This document shows, piece after piece, positions 7,932 through 13,658 of a stretch of DNA of 33,098 nucleotides (its first letter is position 1; every line of letters starts with the position of its first letter). Under the pieces are notes generated by a model. It worked only from the letters and a program-made list of their open reading frames with translations, was not told where the DNA came from and ran no database searches. Source of the stretch: a virus; IMG/VR virus record IMGVR_UViG_3300047159_000020, positions 1 to 33,098 of that record. One strand, written 5' to 3'. Both the position numbers and the translations under genes were made by a program.

Positions 7932-8180
7932 ATGCAGATTGCTGAAAATTCCGGCCTTGACCCATTGCTTTGGGCCAAGCGCCCGCAGTCGCAGCAGGCG
8001 TGGGATCTGATCGTGAAGGAATCAAAGGTCGATCCGCGCTTCCGGGAAATCGTTGAGAAGCACATCGCGGATGGCGTCTGCTCTGCGGATTTACAGCTCG
8101 AATACGTGTGGAGCTTCGCGGCGCAGAAGTTCGTTCGGCCGGCTTGGTATGTTCGGGCGAATTCGGAGAGGGCGGCATGA
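7932..8180 (+). CDS. Hypothetical protein (82 aa)
   Basis: ATG lies 2 nt after the previous stop. Its own stop overlaps the next start (ATGA). Confidence 0.5.
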   Translation: MQIAENSGLDPLLWAKRPQSQQAWDLIVKESKVDPRFREIVEKHIADGVCSADLQLEYVWSFAAQKFVRPAWYVRANSERAA

Positions 8181-8416
8181 TGCACAAAACCGACACGAAA
8201 ACACTGGCCAGCGCCATGCGCATTCTGGCTATCGAGATTGAGAGCGAAGACGGAATCGCAAAATCGGCGATTGCCGAGGCGGCAGACCGGCTGGACGAAC
8301 TCGCAGCAATCGCGCTGGAGTTGCTCAAGAGCACGCGATGCGAGCAGTCGCTGCCGGAAGGGTGCCCGCGCTGCGCGTTGAGCGCCAGGCTTGCGGCGCT
8401 TGGGGTGATGTCTTGA
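8177..8416 (+). CDS. Hypothetical protein (79 aa)
   Basis: ATGATG start coupled to the upstream stop. Helical, with a C-terminal CxxC (EGCPRCAL). Confidence 0.5.
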   Translation: MMHKTDTKTLASAMRILAIEIESEDGIAKSAIAEAADRLDELAAIALELLKSTRCEQSLPEGCPRCALSARLAALGVMS

Positions 8417-8462
8417 TTTCAAAAACGGCCACGCGATCGTGGAATTAAACGGAGCATAAAAA

Positions 8463-8690
8463 ATGGAAACTTTCATACAACCAAAAATCACAGGCTATCG
8501 CCAGCTGAACGAAGCGGAGGCTGCGCTTATGAACGAAATCAAAGCGCGTGGCGTTGAGATTGGCGAACTCGTCAACAAGCTGCGCAACACAGCGGGAATT
8601 GACAGCCGGTGGGCAAGCATTGGAGCGACCGACTTGCAGACTGGTCTTATGGCGCTAACGCGCGCAGTCGCCAAGCCGACGACGTTCTAA
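8463..8690 (+). CDS. Acb2/Tad1-like small helical protein (candidate cyclic-oligonucleotide sponge)
   Basis: GGAG SD. ITGYRQLNEAEAALMNEIKARG...DSRWASIGATDLQTGLMALTRAVAKPTTF matches the helix-hairpin family pattern as I remember it. Confidence 0.5.
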   Translation: METFIQPKITGYRQLNEAEAALMNEIKARGVEIGELVNKLRNTAGIDSRWASIGATDLQTGLMALTRAVAKPTTF

Positions 8691-8695
8691 GCGCG

Positions 8696-8908
8696 ATGTG
8701 CGGCGCCGCCCAATGCGACAAACCCGACTGCACGCACAGCGAGGCGCACAGAGCAGCGTGCGAGGCGCGCACAGTGATGCGCTGGCATCGGGCGGCGAGG
8801 AAGGATTACTACGCCAGGGTGGGCCGGGCGAGGGGCGAGAAAGCTGCCAAAGAATTGGCGGCGGCGGTATCAGAGCAATGGAAAATCGGCGCGGCGATCC
8901 CGCGATAA
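8696..8908 (+). CDS. Hypothetical Cys/His-containing protein (70 aa)
   Basis: MCGAAQCDKPDCTHSEAHRAACEAR... The internal ATG at 8696 was chosen because it follows the previous stop. Confidence 0.45.
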   Translation: MCGAAQCDKPDCTHSEAHRAACEARTVMRWHRAARKDYYARVGRARGEKAAKELAAAVSEQWKIGAAIPR

Positions 8909-8929
8909 CAGCAAAAAGGAGCATTGAAA

Positions 8930-9225
8930 ATGGCGACATATCATGAACTGGTAGCACAGAAAGCGGCGCTCGACGCGCAGATCGAAGAAGCGCGCAAGAC
9001 GGAAGTGTCGGCGGCCGTCGCTGAGGTCAAGCGGCTGGTCGGCGAGTATGGATTGACGGCTGTCGATTGCGGATTCGGCGCCCCGGCGAAGAAGGCGAAG
9101 AAAAGGTGCCGGTCAAGTACCGCGGGCCGAACGGTGAAGCCTGGACAGGGCGCGGGAAAACGCCGGCGTGGGTCATCGCGCAAGAAGCGGCCGGACGCAC
9201 GCGAGAATCGCTCCTGGCAAACTGA
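8930..9225 (+). pseudogene. H-NS-like nucleoid protein gene interrupted by a 1-nt frameshift
   Basis: The N-terminal frame reads MATYHELVAQKAALDAQIEEARK..EYGLTAVD..PAKKAKK. The -1 frame from about 9100 reads VPVKYRGPNGEAWTGRGKTPAWVIAQEAAGRTRESLLAN*, which carries the H-NS DNA-binding motif. The break is at aagAAAAgg (9098-9106). Confidence 0.7.
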
Positions 9226-9226
9226 C

Positions 9227-9571
9227 ATGACGACCCGGGCGCATGCGGCGATCGCTGAAAAACTCGACCAGGTGGCGGACGAGATGCGCGCGGCGTCCGA
9301 CGTCATCCGGGCTCGATCGTCTCGCACGCCAGAAAAGCCGCACCTCGTGGCGCTGGCAAGAAGCGCTCGGGTCGCCGCTCTCATGCTGCGCGCTCACATG
9401 CCGGACTCAGATCGGGCGATGCATCTGGCCGGTGAGCTGATTGGCGTCGGATGCGGGCTGCTCGAGTGGGCCGATTACGCGCCATGCGCATCGGTCGACA
9501 GGATGAGGGCAGAGAATTTGCGGGCGGTCGCAGGGTTCGTTGCGGCAAGGGCGCAGGAGCTGAGGTCATGA
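9227..9571 (+). CDS. Hypothetical protein (114 aa)
   Basis: ATG lies 1 nt after the stop of the H-NS C-terminal frame. The track ORF 8924-9571 is a chimera of the hns 5' part, out-of-frame readthrough and this gene. Confidence 0.5.
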   Translation: MTTRAHAAIAEKLDQVADEMRAASDVIRARSSRTPEKPHLVALARSARVAALMLRAHMPDSDRAMHLAGELIGVGCGLLEWADYAPCASVDRMRAENLRAVAGFVAARAQELRS

Positions 9572-9735
9572 CGCAAGATCGCATTGAGCAGTTCGAAGAG
9601 CGCGCCGCAATCATCGAATTCGAGTCCGGCGAGCACATCTCGCGGCAGGCATCAGAGAAATTGGCGGCCGAGTATTTGCAGCTCACGGAAGACGAAATCG
9701 AATTCCTGCAAGGGGCCGGCATTGCGAGATTTTGA
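9568..9735 (+). CDS. Hypothetical acidic protein (55 aa)
   Basis: ATGA overlap. MTQDRIEQFEERAAIIEFESGEHISRQ... Confidence 0.45.
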   Translation: MTQDRIEQFEERAAIIEFESGEHISRQASEKLAAEYLQLTEDEIEFLQGAGIARF

Positions 9736-9789
9736 GCGGCGGGAATACGGCGACCCGGAAGCGGTTGCAATCAGACGAGAGGAGCAGAC

Positions 9790-10260
9790 ATGCAAGTGAT
9801 GCCAGTCAATCGAGACGATAATGGCTTTTGGTGTGGAGCACGAAATCTGCGACGACGGAAAGCCGAAAGCGCGGCGGTGCAGGAAGTGCAAGGCCAAGGT
9901 TTTGACGAAATGAAGCGGGCTCAGGTCGACAAGGTTGTCAGCATCCTGGAGGATTGGGCCAGGTGGCAGCAGGCGTACTCCGTGTTTCTCGGGGCTCCGC
10001 GCCGGTCGCTTGGGTTCGACCTTGGAGGGTCGGCGGTTACTGCTGAGTCTGGCGAGCAGAACAGGGAAGTGGACGACCGGGAGCGGTGCAAGATCGTTGA
10101 TGCGTGCGTCGACAGCCTGGAGGTGCCTGCACAGAGGGCGGCTATCCATCGCCGGTATCTGTCTGCTGTCTATCGCATGCGCGATTACGAGCAGGCGCTG
10201 TGCGCGGCTCACGAGGCGCTGCTGGTGGCGTTTCTGGATAAGCGGCTGCTGGTGGCTTGA
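9790..10260 (+). CDS. Q-like late-gene antiterminator (putative)
   Basis: GAGAGGAG SD. VVSILEDWARWQQAY...GFDLGG...DDRERCKIVDACVDSL...YL resembles the lambdoid Q family pattern (LERWGAW...DDD...). It is the last rightward early gene before the late promoter. Confidence 0.45.
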   Translation: MQVMPVNRDDNGFWCGARNLRRRKAESAAVQEVQGQGFDEMKRAQVDKVVSILEDWARWQQAYSVFLGAPRRSLGFDLGGSAVTAESGEQNREVDDRERCKIVDACVDSLEVPAQRAAIHRRYLSAVYRMRDYEQALCAAHEALLVAFLDKRLLVA

Positions 10261-10284
10261 AAGAAAAAACCGCCCGAAGGCGGC
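10261..10284 (-). terminator. Intrinsic terminator of the leftward five-gene cassette
   Basis: The minus strand reads CCGCC-TTCG-GGCGG followed by TTTTTTCTT. On the plus strand there is no T-run, so it is unidirectional. Confidence 0.7.
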
Positions 10285-10300
10285 TGGAGCTGGGTGGCGG

Positions 10301-10510
10301 TTAAGCCTCGAAAATGATGCGCTCGCCGTCGCGAACGGTTGAAATGTCGGAGGTCTTGGCAAGCGCTACAGTGTCGCACGCGTAGACTCGTGCAGCCGTG
10401 CATGTGCCCGTCCCTTTGGCGTGCTGCGCGAACGAAAGTGCAGCGCACTCAGTGGAGGTGCTGCGGATAATCCGCGAGGGCCGACCGAAGTAGACGATTG
10501 CGTATCTCAT
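10301..10510 (-). CDS. Cassette gene 5, hypothetical (69 aa)
   Basis: AAGGAGA SD and an ATGA overlap with the RHH gene's stop. MRYAIVYFGRPSRIIRSTSTECAALSF... has no recognised family. Confidence 0.55.
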   Translation of the reverse strand: MRYAIVYFGRPSRIIRSTSTECAALSFAQHAKGTGTCTAARVYACDTVALAKTSDISTVRDGERIIFEA

Positions 10511-10686
10511 TGCCGATTCTCCTTGCTGTTTTCCAACCACTCGCGAAGGGCTTGCGATCCTCCGCGCCGGATGTACTCGGCTTTCTGCTCCGAGCTGACG
10601 CGGGCCTCGATGCGCTCGACCTGCCCGCGCGGGGCGATGGTCGGCTGGCGACCTTGGCCGGGCGCGTTGCCTTTGCGCTTTGTCAT
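10507..10686 (-). CDS. Cassette gene 4, ribbon-helix-helix-like DNA-binding protein (59 aa)
   Basis: Basic disordered N-terminus, then VERIEARVSSEQKAEYIRRGGSQALREWL (beta-strand/helix/helix pattern of the CopG/Arc type). ATGA overlaps at both ends. Confidence 0.5.
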   Translation of the reverse strand: MTKRKGNAPGQGRQPTIAPRGQVERIEARVSSEQKAEYIRRGGSQALREWLENSKENRQ

Positions 10687-10976
10687 GCTTCCGCCTTGTT
10701 GTTTGCGCGAACCATTGCCCGATACTCGCGCCGGATTAGTGCGGGCAGTTTGTCGATACTGGAGCAGTGCAGCGTGCTGCCGCGGCTGGAAAGCTTGTCG
10801 CAGACTTGCGCCGTGTTTCCGTTGCCAAGGCGCTCGATCACGTAACCGCCGGCGCGAGGGCATGAGAATGTGCGCTTCGTGCGGACCGTCTCGTAATTGT
10901 CGAAGTCCGGCGACTCGGTGTCGAATTCAACTGAAACGCTTGCGTCGAACTTGTCGGTGGTGAATTTTGCTTTCAT
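10683..10976 (-). CDS. Cassette gene 3, hypothetical (97 aa)
   Basis: AAGGAGA SD 5 nt after a GNRA hairpin. MKAKFTTDKFDASVSVEFDTESPDFDNYE...GGYVIERLGNGNTAQVCDKL... Confidence 0.55.
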   Translation of the reverse strand: MKAKFTTDKFDASVSVEFDTESPDFDNYETVRTKRTFSCPRAGGYVIERLGNGNTAQVCDKLSSRGSTLHCSSIDKLPALIRREYRAMVRANNKAEA

Positions 10977-10990
10977 CTCATTCTCCTTGC

Positions 10991-11004
10991 GGCCCTTGCG
11001 GGCC
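10991..11004 (-). promoter_or_regulatory. Intercistronic GNRA-tetraloop hairpin (copy A)
   Basis: The minus strand reads GGCCC-GCAA-GGGCC, lying between the stop of gene 2 (11011) and the SD of gene 3. Confidence 0.55.
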
Positions 11005-11010
11005 TGTTTG

Positions 11011-11226
11011 TTAAGCGGATACTTGTTTCGGAAGCGCAGTGCTGAACTGACCTCTAAAACAAAACTCAAAAGCGTCAGCGCGAACGCGGCGGGCCGGGCG
11101 AATTTCGCCAGAGTTCATTTTTACGAAAAACGGGAATCCGGCCTGCACTTGGCAAATATTGCCAGTGCAGTTTATTACGCTGAACTTGTTGGCGCGTAGT
11201 GTTGATATTCTAGTTGTTGGCATCAT
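11011..11226 (-). CDS. Cassette gene 2, hypothetical (71 aa), coding status uncertain
   Basis: It has the same stop-hairpin-GGAGA-ATG architecture as gene 3. However, its composition is odd and it contains a 28-bp inverted repeat (11143-11170). Confidence 0.35.
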   Translation of the reverse strand: MMPTTRISTLRANKFSVINCTGNICQVQAGFPFFVKMNSGEIRPARRVRADAFEFCFRGQFSTALPKQVSA

Positions 11227-11239
11227 CTTCTTCTCCTGT

Positions 11240-11257
11240 GCGGCCCTTGCGGGCCGC
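11240..11257 (-). promoter_or_regulatory. Intercistronic GNRA-tetraloop hairpin (copy B)
   Basis: The minus strand reads GCGGCCC-GCAA-GGGCCGC, lying between the stop of gene 1 (11265) and the GGAGA SD of gene 2. Confidence 0.55.
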
Positions 11258-11264
11258 GTTGTGT

Positions 11265-11522
11265 TTATGCGGCAAGAATTTGCTGCTTTGTGAACCCTTC
11301 TGTCGTGTAGATGCTAACCCCTCCCCTTGGGCCGATGCCCACATAAAAAAAGAAACGAACATAAAACCACGCTTTATCGCTGCAATAAGTGTTGCTTCCA
11401 AACAGTAAGACGTGACCATCGCTAGAGGTTTCGGCGCTGAAATGCAAACCTCCATCGCGATCTGCCAGTTTGTTTGTCCAGGATGTGATGCGTTGGATTT
11501 TTGCGGTCTGCGCTTTGTTCAT
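11265..11522 (-). CDS. Cassette gene 1, hypothetical (85 aa)
   Basis: AAGGAGAACGAG-ATG at 11522. MNKAQTAKIQRITSWTNKLADRDGGLHFSAETSSDGHVLLFGSNTYCSDKAWFYVRFFFYVGIGPRGGVSIYTTEGF. The upstream part of track ORF 11265-11984 is antisense to terS and was ignored. Confidence 0.6.
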   Translation of the reverse strand: MNKAQTAKIQRITSWTNKLADRDGGLHFSAETSSDGHVLLFGSNTYCSDKAWFYVRFFFYVGIGPRGGVSIYTTEGFTKQQILAA

Positions 11523-11553
11523 CTCGTTCTCCTTGGTGTTGTGTGTCGGTGTC

Positions 11554-11572
11554 TGTATTGTACGACAATACA
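11554..11572. promoter_or_regulatory. Operator-like palindrome overlapping the cassette promoter
   Basis: TGTATTGT-acg-ACAATACA (8-bp perfect arms) covers the -10 and spacer of the leftward promoter. Confidence 0.5.
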
Positions 11573-11584
11573 AACAGGTGTCAA
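11557..11584 (-). promoter_or_regulatory. Near-consensus sigma70 promoter of the leftward cassette
   Basis: On the minus strand: TTGACA (11584-11579), 16 nt spacer, TACAAT (11562-11557). Confidence 0.65.
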
Positions 11585-11610
11585 GAAGAATTTTGACAAC
11601 CATCAGGCGC

Positions 11611-11639
11611 TTGACAATGGCCCGAGGCTGTCGCAGAAT
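11611..11639 (+). promoter_or_regulatory. Candidate rightward late promoter upstream of terS
   Basis: TTGACA (11611-11616), 17 nt spacer, CAGAAT (11634-11639). A second TTGACA at 11593-11598 has no good -10. A T6 run lies at 11656-11661. Confidence 0.45.
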
Positions 11640-11700
11640 CCGCACGTCGGGGCAGAGATGCTGGCTTTTTTCGTTCACGGAGGTGTTGGAGGGTTGCGGA

Positions 11701-12129
11701 GTGGCGCTCAATCGTCGGCAAGCGCTGTTCGTGGCTGAGTACCTCAAGGATTTGAACGCTAGCGCCGCGGCAAGGCGGGCCGGGTACAGCGAGAAAAGCG
11801 CGTTCCGAAGCGGCGTGCAGAATATGCAGAAATCGGCAATCACCGATGCAATCGCCGCAGCAATGAAAGAGCGATCAGAGCGCGTGCAGATCACCGCCGA
11901 CAAAGTTCTGTCAGACATTGAGGCGATCAAAGCCGACGCAATGCGAGAGGCGGCAGACAAAGATGGCAAACTGGCGATGGTCAATCACGCCGCGGCGCTC
12001 AAGGCCTGCGAGCTGCAAGGACGGCATCTGCAGATGTGGACCGACAAGATCAAGGTCGACGGAGACATGGCAGTGACGATGATCACGCGCAGAATCATTG
12101 GTGGCGATGGCTCGCAACCTGGTAATTAA
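11701..12129 (+). CDS. terS: Terminase small subunit (Terminase_2-like)
   Basis: GGAGGG SD plus GTG start. LNRRQALFVAEYLKDLNASAAARRAGYSEKSAFRSGVQNMQKSAI..ITADKVLSDIEAI is the classic TerS HTH pattern. Confidence 0.75.
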   Translation: MALNRRQALFVAEYLKDLNASAAARRAGYSEKSAFRSGVQNMQKSAITDAIAAAMKERSERVQITADKVLSDIEAIKADAMREAADKDGKLAMVNHAAALKACELQGRHLQMWTDKIKVDGDMAVTMITRRIIGGDGSQPGN

Positions 12130-13320
12130 CACTGCCAAGGTTTTCGAGCCGCTGCTGCAGCCTGCGCGATATAAAGGCGCGTGGGGCGGTCGTGGTAGCG
12201 GAAAGTCGCACAATTTCGCTGAGGCGCTTATCGAGCAGTGTTTGCTTGAGCGCGGCACTCGTGCAGTGTGCATCCGGGAAGTGCAGAAGTCGCTGAAGGA
12301 ATCGAGCAAGCGGCTGATAGAGGACAAGCTGCAGGTTAAGGCTCGGAGAGGCTGACGGATTCAAGGTTTTTAACGAGGTCATCGAAACCCCCGGCGATGG
12401 GATTATCATTCCAAGGAATGCAGGACCATAACGCCGAGTCGATAAAATCGCTTGAAGGATTCAGGATTGCGTGGACAGAAGAGGCTCAAACGCTGGCAGC
12501 AAGGTCGCTGTCACTTCTCCGGCCGACGATTCGCGCGCCAGGCTCGGAATTGTGGTTTTCGTGGAACGCTCGTAGAAAGACCGATCCCGTTGATGCGCTG
12601 CTGCGCGGCGATGATTTGCCGACCGGTGCAGTAGTGGTGACGGCCAACTGGCGAGATAACCCGCTTTTCCCGGCAGAGCTTGAGCAGGAACGACTTGACT
12701 GCCTGCGCCTTGATCCTGACCAGTATCCGCACATTTGGGAGGGCGAGTACGCGACAGTGCTTGTCGGCGCTTACTACGCCAAGGCTCTTGCCGCAGCGAA
12801 GGCAGAAGGGCGCATTTGTCGCGTTGCTGCTGACCCGCTACTGCCGATTCGGTTGATTGCAGACATCGGCGGCACTGGCGCGAGAGCTGACGCTTTTGTT
12901 TTTGGGCCGTGCAGTTCGTTGGCAGAGAGGTCCGGGTGCTCAATTACTACGAGGCGGGACCGGGTTTGCTCTGTCAGCTATGAGTCTGCGCTTTCCGATG
13001 CAGGATATGACGTAGAGGTCGTGCCAAACCAAGGGCGTGGAGCGGCTGCGGCTCGTATTGAGTCTGTGCGCCGTGTTTCTCCTGCGTTTTGGTTCAATGA
13101 ATCGACGACAGAGCCTGGCAGAGAAGCTCTTGGTTGGTATCACGAGAGGCGCGATGGCGCTAGAAACATTGGACTAGGACCGGACCATGATTGGTCCTCG
13201 CACGGCTCGGACGCGTTCGGATTAATGAGTATTGCCGCTGAAGAGTTTTTCCGTGGCGACTCTCGAAAACCAACTGTTGATGATGTTGAATACTACGGTG
13301 GCGGCGGATGGATGGGCTAA
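12098..13320 (+). pseudogene. terL: Terminase large subunit (PBSX/Terminase_3-like) with multiple frame disruptions
   Basis: A Walker A motif (KGAWGGRGSGKS) lies in the 12098 frame, which stops at 12353. Homology continues in a second frame (LGEADGFKVFNEVIETPGDGIII, stop at 12429). It then moves to a third frame (FQGMQDHNAESIKSLEGF...). It drops back for 12900-12980 (FWAVQFVGREVRVLNYYEAGPG) and returns again (SYESALSDAGYDVEVVPNQG...HDWSSHGSDAF). Confidence 0.75.
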
Positions 13321-13652
13321 ACGCACGCGAAGTGCGAGCAGGCGCAGCAAGCGCAATCGTCGCCGAGAGCGTCGCAATTCCTCCGCGCATCCGATCAAAG
13401 GTGCTCGAAGTGCGCAGCGTCTACGTGCCCGAGAACAACCGCAAGGCGGGCCTTGGCAATGCGCTGCTGCGCAAGCTCTGCGCCGACGCGGACATCGCCG
13501 GAAATGCGCTGTTCCTGATGCCGGACGGCGGCGACGACGCAGAGACTGCGCGCCTTGAGCGCTGGTACGCAACGCACGGATTCGAGCGCATCCAGGGCGA
13601 CCCGGTTGTGGTCATGCTCCGCAAGCCGCAACATCCGCTGATCAAACACTGA
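13308..13652 (+). CDS. Mini-GNAT N-acetyltransferase-like protein (114 aa)
   Basis: VLEVRSVYVPENNRKAGLGNALLRKLCADAD...ARLERWYATHGFERI gives the acetyl-CoA-binding R-x-x-G-x-G motif and the C-terminal GF motif. It is shorter than typical GNATs. Confidence 0.55.
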   Translation: MDGLNAREVRAGAASAIVAESVAIPPRIRSKVLEVRSVYVPENNRKAGLGNALLRKLCADADIAGNALFLMPDGGDDAETARLERWYATHGFERIQGDPVVVMLRKPQHPLIKH

Positions 13653-13658
13653 GGCAGC

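Noticed and set aside
9098-9106. Programmed -1 ribosomal frameshift or transcriptional slippage in the hns-like gene
   Set aside because: There is no X_XXY_YYZ heptamer, only four consecutive A residues, and no downstream pseudoknot or hairpin that I can see. A simple 1-nt indel is more parsimonious.
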